A stretch of DNA of 50,833 nt, taken from NCBI GenBank assembly GCA_020346705.1, contig CP070785.1, positions 1,498,788 through 1,549,620 of the forward strand, read 5' to 3'. The position numbers and the translations under genes are program-made. Below the pieces are notes generated by a model. That model saw only the letters and a list, made by a program, of their open reading frames with translations. It was not told where the DNA came from and did not search any database. This document shows, piece after piece, positions 16,722 to 25,617 of the stretch (positions are counted from its first letter, which is position 1; each line of letters opens with the position of its first letter). This stretch comes from Chloroflexota bacterium. Lineage in GTDB: Bacteria; Chloroflexota; Anaerolineae; Anaerolineales; UBA4823.

Positions 16722-18797
16722 TTAATGATCATTAATTGGCAAGGTAAAGGAGAATCGAGATCCTTTCCCAGGCTCGCTTTCGACCCAAATACGACCTCCA
16801 TGACCTTCAATTGCCAGCCGACAATAAGCCAATCCTAACCCAAATCCTTTTTGGCTCCCTGCGGGATTCAAGCGGGTGAATTTGTCAAAAATGTAGTCTT
16901 TTTCTCCTGCGGGAATTCCTGGTCCGGAATCCTGCACCCACAATACCGCATTTTGGGACTCTAAAGCTGCACCCAGAGTGATCTCGCCATCAGGTGGGCT
17001 GTATTTTACCGCGTTTTCCAAGAGGTTGATCAAGACCCTGCGGATCATATCCCCATCTACCTTAACTTGAGGTACATCTGATGGAATTTTGAGATTGATT
17101 ATCTGATTTTTCGCTGCGGCAACTGGAGAGACAGCTTCGACTGAGTCTGCGGCGAGAAGAACCGGCGATGTTGAATAAAGGTTTATCACTGGTTGTCCAG
17201 ATTCAAGGCGGCTCATATCCAATAGCGAATTTGTCAACCTTTGGATCCGTTCGGTCGATCTCAAAGCGATATTGAGCAGTGATCGATAAGCCGGGTCGCC
17301 ATCATCGGGGAGCATGGTATTGAAAACGTCCAGGCTGGAGACAATGTTCGCCAGCGGAGAGCGGAGGTCGTGGTAAATCATCGAAATTAAATCTTCTCGC
17401 AAACGATCAAATCTGCGCCTTTCGCTGATATCTCTGATCAACAATTGGTAATTTTCGACATAAGAAGAGCGGACATATAAACGAATTGGTGTTTGAGTCC
17501 CATCGCTGGAGGCAAATTCAGCTTCAATAGAATGAATTTCTCCAATGGTTACCCCGTCTGTCTCCAAACCTGGGATCGGTTCTTTGCTTGAAACCAACTG
17601 GCTAATAGACTTTGCCAGTAAAGTAATATTGTCCAATCCGGTGAATAATTCAGCTTGCCGGTTTGCTTCCAAGATATTGCCTTGATTGTCAGTTATCAAG
17701 ATTGGATCAATGCTGTCCTGGAATAAATCATGGTAGCGCTGTTCTGTATTTTGGACTTGTTCGTACAAACGAGCGTGGTTGATAGCCGTGCCTGCCAAAC
17801 TACCAATACCAGTTAAAACCTCAAGCGCATCAGGATCAAATTTTCCAACAATCGGATTGATCGCCTCTAAGATGCCGATGATCTCTCCTTCGGATTTCAA
17901 CGGGGCACAAATAATGGCTCTAATGTCGCTTTCGATATTCCGTTCAAATTCAAGGGAAAAACTTTCATCCATTTCGGTAACTGGGATTACTATACCTTGC
18001 CCTGATTTTGCTACCTGACCAGCAAAACCAATGCCCACCTTCGTCTGGAGACCTGCATATTCAGCATCATTGCCAGCTGAGGTCGCAGTGAAATTCAAGT
18101 ACTCTCCCTGTGTATCAAAGAGAGCCAAAAACACGGTTTCAACGTTCAAGGCTTCACGGATCTGGGAAAGAATGCTTTGCAGAACCTCATCCAGGTCCAG
18201 GCTGGCAGTTATCACAGAAGCGCTTTTTGCCAAGGCAGTCATTACCCTTGCCCTGCGCTGGCTATCTGCGAAGAGTTGAGCATTTTGAACAGCAATACTT
18301 GCCTGATCGGCAATAGCCTGGATCAATTCCAAATGCCCAGGTAAGAAAAAATTTGGCGATGGATGAACGAGGGTCATAACACCAACCAATTGTTGGTGGG
18401 CGATCAGAGGGACGCATACTGCGGATTTCGGTCCAGTCTGTTTTTCGTGATCATCAGGGCGCCGCAGCCAGCGATCATCCTGACTGGTATCGGGAATTAA
18501 AGCCCCGCGTTGATTGCGGATAACCCATCCTGCCAGCCCGTCATCAAGGGTCTCAGAAAGCTGTTTAGCGGCGTTTTCGATCACCCGATCGCCGACACTG
18601 ATAATTCCTTCAACAGGGTCACCGCCGCTATCGAAAACAATAATACTCCCATTGACTGCACCTACATTACTCATCGACAAGGTAATCACTCGCCGGAGAA
18701 CTGTGCTTAAATCCAAAGCTTCTGTCAGCTCTCGACTAATATCATAGAGCAATTCAAGTGAAGCGCGAGTTGTCGTTACTTCCCCATCATGTTGCAT
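16722..18797 (-). CDS. Sensor histidine kinase (GAF-GAF-PAS-HisKA-HATPase_c), cytoplasmic
   Basis: It has two GAF-like regions and a PAS region (FQDSIDPILITDNQGNILEAN). The kinase boxes are H-box MIYHDLRSPLANI, N-box LINLLENAVKYS, G1 DSGPGIP and G2 GFGLGLAYC. No TM segments are present. Confidence 0.9.
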   Translation of the reverse strand: MQHDGEVTTTRASLELLYDISRELTEALDLSTVLRRVITLSMSNVGAVNGSIIVFDSGGDPVEGIISVGDRVIENAAKQLSETLDDGLAGWVIRNQRGALIPDTSQDDRWLRRPDDHEKQTGPKSAVCVPLIAHQQLVGVMTLVHPSPNFFLPGHLELIQAIADQASIAVQNAQLFADSQRRARVMTALAKSASVITASLDLDEVLQSILSQIREALNVETVFLALFDTQGEYLNFTATSAGNDAEYAGLQTKVGIGFAGQVAKSGQGIVIPVTEMDESFSLEFERNIESDIRAIICAPLKSEGEIIGILEAINPIVGKFDPDALEVLTGIGSLAGTAINHARLYEQVQNTEQRYHDLFQDSIDPILITDNQGNILEANRQAELFTGLDNITLLAKSISQLVSSKEPIPGLETDGVTIGEIHSIEAEFASSDGTQTPIRLYVRSSYVENYQLLIRDISERRRFDRLREDLISMIYHDLRSPLANIVSSLDVFNTMLPDDGDPAYRSLLNIALRSTERIQRLTNSLLDMSRLESGQPVINLYSTSPVLLAADSVEAVSPVAAAKNQIINLKIPSDVPQVKVDGDMIRRVLINLLENAVKYSPPDGEITLGAALESQNAVLWVQDSGPGIPAGEKDYIFDKFTRLNPAGSQKGFGLGLAYCRLAIEGHGGRIWVESEPGKGSRFSFTLPINDH

Positions 18798-18953
18798 ACG
18801 TTACCAACAGACACCTAATTGAGTTATGGTATTTTCTGGTTGGCTGGATGACAATAACCAAGCTTGCATAAACTCTGAAAAGTTTATTTTATGTAATTCA
18901 ATTAAGTAAAACTCTCATCGAGTATAGCATAAGTGATTATTGAAATGCGGTGA

Positions 18954-19967
18954 TTATTCTCTTGAAGTTTGTGATTGGGGATGGTATTTTGGCAGGTCGA
19001 GCATCAGTACTTCAAGAGTCAACCGTGGGTTTGCATTGCGAGCAAGGTTGTCAAAAACCTGTTCCAATTTGACAACCATGCGGTATGCCTGCTCATAATT
19101 GATCCGCTGAGCCAGTTCGTTTATTTTCTCCTGGTAGTCAATATTTGTAATCTGAGAATTGGAATTACTTGTGCGCAGCATAATATCACGCCAGAATGAG
19201 AGCCATACTTTTAGGATTTCCGAAACGGATTGTGGATTTTTTGCCATGCTCTCAACATATTCGAACCGATTTACCCTGCTTGAAGAAATCAAATTCAACT
19301 GATCCTCCAGCCAGGATTTTCTATTCGACATTTCTTCTGGATATTGAAAGAGTCGAAAAGCATAGCCGGGTCGGCCTCCCGATAAGTGAGTTAATAATTC
19401 TGCTTCATCGCCATCGACTTGCCACTTATTGGATAAACCTTGGATCAAAACAGCAGCCGGAACCGGTCTCAAACGGATAACTTCACAACGCGAGACAATT
19501 GTTGGAAGCAACCGGTCTGTACTAACCGCGGTCAATATTATCACCACCTGGCGTGGAGGTTCTTCCAAAGTTTTTAACAAGGCATTCGCGGCCTGGCGGT
19601 TAGCCTCTTCAAATCGCTGCAGGATGGCAATGCGGTATTGTGCGTCATAAGGGGCTAATGCTAACCCATGTTGCAGGGCGCGGATTTGATCAACTTTTAG
19701 TTGGCCACCCCTATGATCAGCCTCTATGATAGCTAAATCTGGATGGACGTATCTTTCCAGCTGGCTGTAGGTTGGGCACTCGAGACAAGGTTCTCCCAAT
19801 TCTATTGGCTGCGGGCAATTAATAGCCTGTGCGAACCTTAATGCGATTGTGCTCCGACCCACGCTTTCAGGCCCGGTAAACAGATAGGCTTGCCGGTGCG
19901 TTCCTTGGGCTACATGCTGCTTGAGCATTTGGACAGCCCACTCATGACCGATCAAATTCCAATTCAT
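18954..19967 (-). CDS. holB: DNA polymerase III subunit delta'
   Basis: It has the AAA+ clamp-loader pattern QAYLFTGPESVGRST, a Cys-rich zinc module (CPQPIELGEPCLECPT), the sensor motif LEEPP and the SRC motif VSRCEVIRL. Confidence 0.85.
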   Translation of the reverse strand: MNWNLIGHEWAVQMLKQHVAQGTHRQAYLFTGPESVGRSTIALRFAQAINCPQPIELGEPCLECPTYSQLERYVHPDLAIIEADHRGGQLKVDQIRALQHGLALAPYDAQYRIAILQRFEEANRQAANALLKTLEEPPRQVVIILTAVSTDRLLPTIVSRCEVIRLRPVPAAVLIQGLSNKWQVDGDEAELLTHLSGGRPGYAFRLFQYPEEMSNRKSWLEDQLNLISSSRVNRFEYVESMAKNPQSVSEILKVWLSFWRDIMLRTSNSNSQITNIDYQEKINELAQRINYEQAYRMVVKLEQVFDNLARNANPRLTLEVLMLDLPKYHPQSQTSRE

Positions 19968-20018
19968 ACTGATAAAAGGAGTTTATCTATTAACATTTAT
20001 TGCCTGGAGGATCAAACA

Positions 20019-20948
20019 TTAGAGATGATTTTTCTCCCTCTTTCCAGTTTCTTCACCCGGCTTGACCTTATCAAATACAGCAATCAGCTGTTGAGGTCGG
20101 ATTGCCAGAGGTTCAGTGATCCTTTTCTGCGCTAATTCCACATAGCCAGGAATATTTTCAAAACCATAGTATTTCCTACCGAGTGCCTTTGCAACTTTTA
20201 AGGTTTGACCTGAGCCAGCGAAAGGATCCAAGATTATCTCTTCAGGGTATGAATACAAAGTAATCAACCGATAGGGTATTTCTTCTGGAAAAGGGGCAGG
20301 ATGGTCAATAGTACTCGGTGGCACAGGCGCAATATGCCAGATATTATTTGCGGTTTCCATGGTGAAAAGGCTATCAACCATGTGGGTAGCCCTGGATTTT
20401 TCCTCTGGTGAACGATCCAAGTATATTTTTTGACCAGGTTTGTTGAAAACCAAAATATATTCATTCATAATATTGGGATAATAATAGCCCGGGAACGGTT
20501 TCTGAATGAAAACTCCTGCACGTTTGACGCCAGCAGTACACTTGTGCCAGATGAAATCCTGGTGAAAAAGCCAATCTCTGTGCGATAATCGGGATACGAG
20601 ATCGAAAGGTACGGGGTAATGTTTTCCATCCAGCAGAACAGTACCGATGACAACTGCACAGAAACCACCGGGTTTTGTCACCCGGTATATCTCCTGGAAA
20701 ATACCTTCCAACCAATCTAAATAATCCTGGTAGTCAGAAAAACCTTTTGAATAATTCCTGGTGCGATAGTTCTGTTCACTATTGTCAGAATGAATGTCGT
20801 AATCTATCGCATTCCAGTAAGGCGGTGAGGTAACCGTTAAAGAAACACGATCATCCTCGATCTCGGACATACTTTCACATGAATGGGGGAAAATCTGGTT
20901 GACCATAATCGTTGAAATCAATTCACTTTTGAGGATTATACAATACAA
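20019..20948 (-). CDS. Beta-class amino DNA methyltransferase (SPPY motif IV; N4-cytosine or N6-adenine)
   Basis: Motif IV TVTSPPYWNA lies near the N-terminus and motif I ILDPFAGSGQTLKVAKALGRKYYGFE near the C-terminus, which is the beta-class order. The start is uncertain: TTG 20948 or ATG 20906. Confidence 0.85.
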   Translation of the reverse strand: MYCIILKSELISTIMVNQIFPHSCESMSEIEDDRVSLTVTSPPYWNAIDYDIHSDNSEQNYRTRNYSKGFSDYQDYLDWLEGIFQEIYRVTKPGGFCAVVIGTVLLDGKHYPVPFDLVSRLSHRDWLFHQDFIWHKCTAGVKRAGVFIQKPFPGYYYPNIMNEYILVFNKPGQKIYLDRSPEEKSRATHMVDSLFTMETANNIWHIAPVPPSTIDHPAPFPEEIPYRLITLYSYPEEIILDPFAGSGQTLKVAKALGRKYYGFENIPGYVELAQKRITEPLAIRPQQLIAVFDKVKPGEETGKREKNHL

Positions 20949-20981
20949 TCGGTTTCGATTTTTCCGGATTGTCTCCTTCAG

Positions 20982-21010
20982 TTGACACTCCTCATTGCAG
21001 GCAGTACAAT
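20982..21010 (+). promoter_or_regulatory. Consensus sigma-70 promoter for pcrA (TTGACA-17-TACAAT); predicted leaderless transcript
   Basis: TTGACA lies at 20982-20987 and TACAAT at 21005-21010. The ATG at 21019 is only 8 nt beyond the -10 element. Confidence 0.55.
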
Positions 21011-21018
21011 CCTCGCAT

Positions 21019-23184
21019 ATGGATTATCTCGTCAATTTGAATCCCCAACAACAGCAAGCTGTGAGTGCAGGATCTGGTCCGGTGCTCGTTTTGGCGGGGC
21101 CAGGATCCGGTAAAACGCGAGTTCTGACCCAGCGAATTGCCTATCTAATTGGACAAATGGACGTCCATCCCTACAATATCCTGGCAGTTACCTTTACGAA
21201 TAAAGCGGCCAAAGAGATGGAAAGCAGGGTGCAGGAGCTGGTGGGACAAAACACACGCGGTCTAACTCTTGGGACATTCCATGCAACCTGCGCACGAATT
21301 TTAAGAATCGAAGCAGAGCATCTTCCCTTCCAATCAAATTATGTCATATTCGATACGGATGATCAGCTCAGTGTAGTTAAGCGGGCACTGTTGGATTTAA
21401 ACCTGGATAAAAAACGTTACCAACCGCAAAGTGTATTGGCATCGATTTCGAAAGCCAAGAATGAGCTGCTCCTGCCAGATGAGTTTGTCCCAGATAATTA
21501 TCGAGATGAGGTAGTAAAGCGAATTTACACTCGCTACCAGGAAATGCTCTTAGCGAATAATGGTCTTGATTTCGATGATTTGCTGCTCTGGACTGCGCGT
21601 CTATTAGAAGAAGTGTCCCAGGTGAGGGAAAAATATGCGCGTCGCTATGAATACGTACTAGTCGACGAGTTCCAGGATACTAACCTGGCCCAGTATAGAT
21701 TGCTCCACCACTTGGCTTCTGTTCACCGAAATATATTTGTTGTTGGTGATGTCGACCAATCCATTTATGCCTGGCGGGGAGCTGACTATAAAAATGTCTT
21801 GCGATTTGAACGAGACTTCCCGGAGACGCAAGTGATACTGCTTGAGCAGAATTACCGCTCAACGCAAGCAATATTGGATGTTGCCATGTCGATCATTGAT
21901 CGAAACCCGAACCGGACGGCAAAGAAATTAGTAACCGATCGTGGGTTTGGCGAAAAAATTACCGTGCATGAAACATACGACGATAGGGAAGAATCTAATT
22001 TTGTAGTTGAGAATATTGCCCGCTATGTGGCCAACAACCAATCACAACCCGGTGATTTCGCGGTCATGTACCGGACAAATGCCCAATCAAGATTGCTAGA
22101 AGAGGCGTTTTTACAGGCAAATCTACCCTATAAGCTGGTTGGCGCGCAGCGATTTTATGGCCGGCGTGAAATCAAGGACCTTATCGCTTATCTGCGCATA
22201 GCCCTTAACCAAAATGATGAAATCAGTTTAGCACGGGTGATCAATGTGCCTGCACGGGGGATCGGGACTAAAAGTGTGATTGCGTTGAGAACGGTAGCCC
22301 AACAAGCAGGAGTCTCCCCAGGCGAGTTGTTGTTAGACCTCGGGAAAGGGAATTCTGCCAATCTTGAGGCATTCCAAAACAGGATGGGGATTTCATTATC
22401 AAAATTCGGCACTCTATTCCTTGGATGGCGGGAAATTAAGGATGACATAACGCCATTACAACTGTTGGATCAAATTATTGAGGATACCGGCTATCGTGAC
22501 TACATTGACGATGGGAGCGATGAGGGTCGCGACCGCTGGGAAAACGTGATGGAACTACGCCGCCTGGCGGATGAATTCAAGGTAGATGGGCTCGATCCAT
22601 TCCTGGAAAGGGTTGCCCTTGTATCCGACCAGGATACCTTGGATTCAAATTATAACGTGCCTACATTACTCACCCTGCATGCTGCGAAAGGTCTGGAGTT
22701 TCCAACCGTGTTCATCGTTGGGCTTAGCGACGGCACATTACCCCATGTACGATCCTTCGATGATCCGGAAAGCATGCAGGAAGAGCGAAGATTGTTTTAT
22801 GTTGGCATCACCCGAGCGATGGATCGATTGTTTTTGATCCTGCCCCTAAATCGCAGCGCCTTTGGCTATTCGGAGCCAGTCGACGAATCGCGGTTCTTGA
22901 AAGATATCCCAGACGAATTGATAAAAGAAAGCACCCGTTCAAAGAGAACATCTCGCGTGACTAGGTCTAGCGCTTTGCGTTGGGAGAAAAGCGAATCTCA
23001 GACAACTGCCAGAAGCGAACCCCAATACCAGGCTGGAGCAACCGTGATGCATCCAGTTTGGGGAGAAGGACTAGTGCTCAACAGTCGAATCCAAGACGAT
23101 GATGAAATTGTTGATGTGTTTTTCGCTGGTGAGGGCTTGAAACGCCTGGCCGCGTCGTTAGCCCGGTTGGAAATCAAGAATTAG
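21019..23184 (+). CDS. pcrA: ATP-dependent DNA helicase PcrA/UvrD (SF1A) with a C-terminal Tudor-like tail
   Basis: It has Walker A AGPGSGKTRVLT, motif II VLVDEFQDTN, QNYRST and TLHAAKGLEFP. The C-terminal tail reads YQAGATVMHPVWGEGLV. The start is set at ATG 21019 because the in-frame TTG at 20995 lies inside the promoter spacer. Confidence 0.9.
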   Translation: MDYLVNLNPQQQQAVSAGSGPVLVLAGPGSGKTRVLTQRIAYLIGQMDVHPYNILAVTFTNKAAKEMESRVQELVGQNTRGLTLGTFHATCARILRIEAEHLPFQSNYVIFDTDDQLSVVKRALLDLNLDKKRYQPQSVLASISKAKNELLLPDEFVPDNYRDEVVKRIYTRYQEMLLANNGLDFDDLLLWTARLLEEVSQVREKYARRYEYVLVDEFQDTNLAQYRLLHHLASVHRNIFVVGDVDQSIYAWRGADYKNVLRFERDFPETQVILLEQNYRSTQAILDVAMSIIDRNPNRTAKKLVTDRGFGEKITVHETYDDREESNFVVENIARYVANNQSQPGDFAVMYRTNAQSRLLEEAFLQANLPYKLVGAQRFYGRREIKDLIAYLRIALNQNDEISLARVINVPARGIGTKSVIALRTVAQQAGVSPGELLLDLGKGNSANLEAFQNRMGISLSKFGTLFLGWREIKDDITPLQLLDQIIEDTGYRDYIDDGSDEGRDRWENVMELRRLADEFKVDGLDPFLERVALVSDQDTLDSNYNVPTLLTLHAAKGLEFPTVFIVGLSDGTLPHVRSFDDPESMQEERRLFYVGITRAMDRLFLILPLNRSAFGYSEPVDESRFLKDIPDELIKESTRSKRTSRVTRSSALRWEKSESQTTARSEPQYQAGATVMHPVWGEGLVLNSRIQDDDEIVDVFFAGEGLKRLAASLARLEIKN

Positions 23185-23217
23185 CTGCCGAAACTCAATC
23201 CGCTGGTTCAATTGCCC

Positions 23218-23246
23218 TTCACTTTGTTACCTGCACAGCTTATAAT
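23218..23246 (+). promoter_or_regulatory. Candidate promoter for tsaE (TTCACT-17-TATAAT); predicted leaderless or near-leaderless transcript
   Basis: TTCACT lies at 23218-23223 and TATAAT at 23241-23246. The tsaE ATG at 23253 is 6 nt beyond the -10 element, and no SD is present. Confidence 0.4.
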
Positions 23247-23252
23247 CCAGTC

Positions 23253-23750
23253 ATGCCAATCCTCGATCAAAATTCGGTAGAGTTTATCAGCCGGGGGACT
23301 GATTATACAAGGCGGGTGGGGATTCGCCTGGGTACGATATTAAAAGACGGGGATATTATTTGTCTGGAAGGTGATTTAGGTTCGGGAAAAACGACCTTAG
23401 TTCAAGGAATGGCAGCTGGTTGGGGCTCACTTGATCAAGTAACAAGTCCGACTTTTGTTCTGATGAACCTTTACCGGCGCTTAGATGGAGGCCAATTTCA
23501 CCACCTGGATGCGTATCGATTGAAAGATGCTGGTGAGGCTCGGGACCTTGATTTAGAGGTCTTTATTGAGACTGGACCATTAGTCATAGAATGGGCTGAG
23601 CGAATCAAATCTGCTTTACCGACAGATCACCTTTGGGTGAATCTGCGGATGGTGGATGTCGATCAACGTGATTTAATTTTCTCAGCCCGAGGATCCTATT
23701 ACGAGAATCTGCTGGAAAACTTCCGTACGCGAATTTATGGTGGATTATAA
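23253..23750 (+). CDS. tsaE: tRNA t6A37 biosynthesis ATPase TsaE
   Basis: It has the P-loop LEGDLGSGKTTLVQG and a conserved SPTF...H.D.YR pattern. It is 165 aa. Confidence 0.9.
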   Translation: MPILDQNSVEFISRGTDYTRRVGIRLGTILKDGDIICLEGDLGSGKTTLVQGMAAGWGSLDQVTSPTFVLMNLYRRLDGGQFHHLDAYRLKDAGEARDLDLEVFIETGPLVIEWAERIKSALPTDHLWVNLRMVDVDQRDLIFSARGSYYENLLENFRTRIYGGL

Positions 23751-24418
23751 TGCTGCTCGCAATTGACACATCCACACGAACAGTCGGCGTCGCTTTATAT
23801 GATGGGGTGCAGGTCGTTAGTGAGAAAATCTGGTTGAGTGGACAATTCCATACAGTAGAGCTGGCACCCACGGTTTCCGAGGTCATTGATCAAGCAGGAA
23901 TATCAATGGATGAATTGAAAGTGGTGGCTGTTGCAATAGGTCCAGGTTCGTTTACAGGTTTAAGAATTGGAATGTCTCTGGCAAAAGGAATGGCATTAGC
24001 AGGACGGATGGCGATAGTCGGGATTCCGTCATTAGATATCTTAGCTGCTTCCCAACCAATTGATGATAAGCCATTAGCGGCAATTTTGCAGGCAGGGCGC
24101 GGGAGAATAGCTGTTGGATGGTATAAAAATTATTCTGGTGAATGGAAAGCGGATAAGAAAGTCCAGGTCATGACACCAAGGGACCTTACCAGCAGAATAA
24201 AATCTCCAACGATTGTATGCGGGGAGTTATCAGAAGATGAGAGGCGGCTATTCAGGCGGAAGCGAATAAACGTGATATTGGCATCACCGGCACAATCCTT
24301 GAGGCGTCCATCCTTTCTGGCAGAGTTGGGTTGGCATCGCTGGCAAAGAGGGATGTCAGATGATCCGGCAGCTCTGGCGCCTGAATACCTGCATTACGAT
24401 CAACAAAACTCTGGATGA
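23750..24418 (+). CDS. tsaB: tRNA t6A37 biosynthesis protein TsaB
   Basis: It has LLAIDTSTR and IGPGSFTGLRIG. Its start overlaps the tsaE stop (TAATG). Confidence 0.9.
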   Translation: MLLAIDTSTRTVGVALYDGVQVVSEKIWLSGQFHTVELAPTVSEVIDQAGISMDELKVVAVAIGPGSFTGLRIGMSLAKGMALAGRMAIVGIPSLDILAASQPIDDKPLAAILQAGRGRIAVGWYKNYSGEWKADKKVQVMTPRDLTSRIKSPTIVCGELSEDERRLFRRKRINVILASPAQSLRRPSFLAELGWHRWQRGMSDDPAALAPEYLHYDQQNSG

Positions 24419-24984
24419 TTGAGAATTCTAAAATAACTTTCCGAGAAATGCGGAAAGATGACCTTGATTCTGTGATGGTTATCGACCATCTTTCTTTCCA
24501 GATGCCCTGGCCTGAAAGTGCGTACCGACATGACCTAATGAATAATGCCAACGCGATTCTATGGGTAGCGGAGAAGCACAGTGATGACAAAGGTGGAATT
24601 GTGGTCGGGATGATAGATGTTTGGTTGGTTCAAGAAGAAGCCCATATTGCTACGCTGGCGATTCATCCTGATTATCGAGGCCATGGTATTGCAGCTGGTT
24701 TGCTACGAAAGGTGTTATTCGAATCTTTCCAGCTGGGTGCTCGCAGAGCAATGTTGGAAGTTAGGGCCAGCAATCATGCTGCCCAAACGCTTTACAAGGA
24801 TTTCGGATTCAAAGTTGTTTCCCGGCGTAGACGTTATTACCGCGATAACAACGAGGATGCACTTCTGATGAATCTTGATAATTTGGAGGAACTTGTTTAT
24901 CGGAAGGATGAAATCTCAGCGGAACGGACCGATAATAATCAGAAGTTATCCGATGTGAATTCTGTGTGGAGAGGTGAAGAGTGA
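24415..24984 (+). CDS. rimI: Ribosomal-protein-alanine N-acetyltransferase (GNAT)
   Basis: It has the GNAT motif A HPDYRGHGIAAGLL. It occupies the canonical tsaE-tsaB-rimI position with a 4-nt overlap. Confidence 0.8.
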   Translation: MIENSKITFREMRKDDLDSVMVIDHLSFQMPWPESAYRHDLMNNANAILWVAEKHSDDKGGIVVGMIDVWLVQEEAHIATLAIHPDYRGHGIAAGLLRKVLFESFQLGARRAMLEVRASNHAAQTLYKDFGFKVVSRRRRYYRDNNEDALLMNLDNLEELVYRKDEISAERTDNNQKLSDVNSVWRGEE

Positions 24985-25610
24985 ACGTTGAAGAAATGTT
25001 AAGCGAGATTTCGTTGGAGGTATCTTCTTGCACGTTGTGCGAACTCCATCACTCAAGGAAAAATGCTGTACCGGGAGAGGGACCCGTTAATTCAGAGATC
25101 ATGTTTATTGGTGAAGGTCCTGGCTTTCACGAAAACGAACAGGGTCGACCATTTGTCGGTGCCGCAGGGAAGTTTTTGGAAGAATTGCTATCAAAAATCG
25201 GATTGAAACGGGAAGATGTATTCATCACCAACGTGGTCAAATGCCGTCCGCCGAAGAATCGCGATCCACAACCTGAGGAGGTCGAAACCTGCACAAAGAC
25301 CTATCTTGACCGACAGATTCAGGCAATCAATCCGAAAGTGATTGTCACTCTCGGCCGATTCTCAATGAACCTGTTTATTCCCAATGTCAAAATCAGTAAT
25401 GTGCATGGAAAACCTGTTCAAGTAAAAGGGCGATTGGTTGTCCCAATGTACCATCCAGCTGCTGCGCTCCATCAAGGCTCTCTGAGACCAGTAATTGAGA
25501 ATGATTTCCACTTACTACCCAAGCTGATTGCAGATGCTGACAAGCTCCCCGCAGCAATTGATGAAGAGGTAACAGATGAGCAGGAACCGAAGCAGCTCAG
25601 TCTATTTTGA
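24981..25610 (+). CDS. Uracil-DNA glycosylase, family 4 (4Fe-4S type)
   Basis: It has CTLCELH, GEGPGFHENEQGRPFVGAAG and ITNVVKCRPP, with HPAA near the C-terminus. Confidence 0.9.
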   Translation: MNVEEMLSEISLEVSSCTLCELHHSRKNAVPGEGPVNSEIMFIGEGPGFHENEQGRPFVGAAGKFLEELLSKIGLKREDVFITNVVKCRPPKNRDPQPEEVETCTKTYLDRQIQAINPKVIVTLGRFSMNLFIPNVKISNVHGKPVQVKGRLVVPMYHPAAALHQGSLRPVIENDFHLLPKLIADADKLPAAIDEEVTDEQEPKQLSLF

Positions 25611-25617
25611 GGTGTCG

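Noticed and set aside
25576-25617. N-terminal extensions proposed by the ORF track for the sugar dehydrogenase (25576), the HP-motif GT (38122), the NeuB-like gene (44778), gmd (32280), the regulator (33397) and pcrA (20995).
   Set aside because: In each case a downstream ATG has a properly spaced SD or a stop/start overlap with the preceding gene, or else the upstream codon falls inside a promoter or operator. The extensions add residues that are not family-like.
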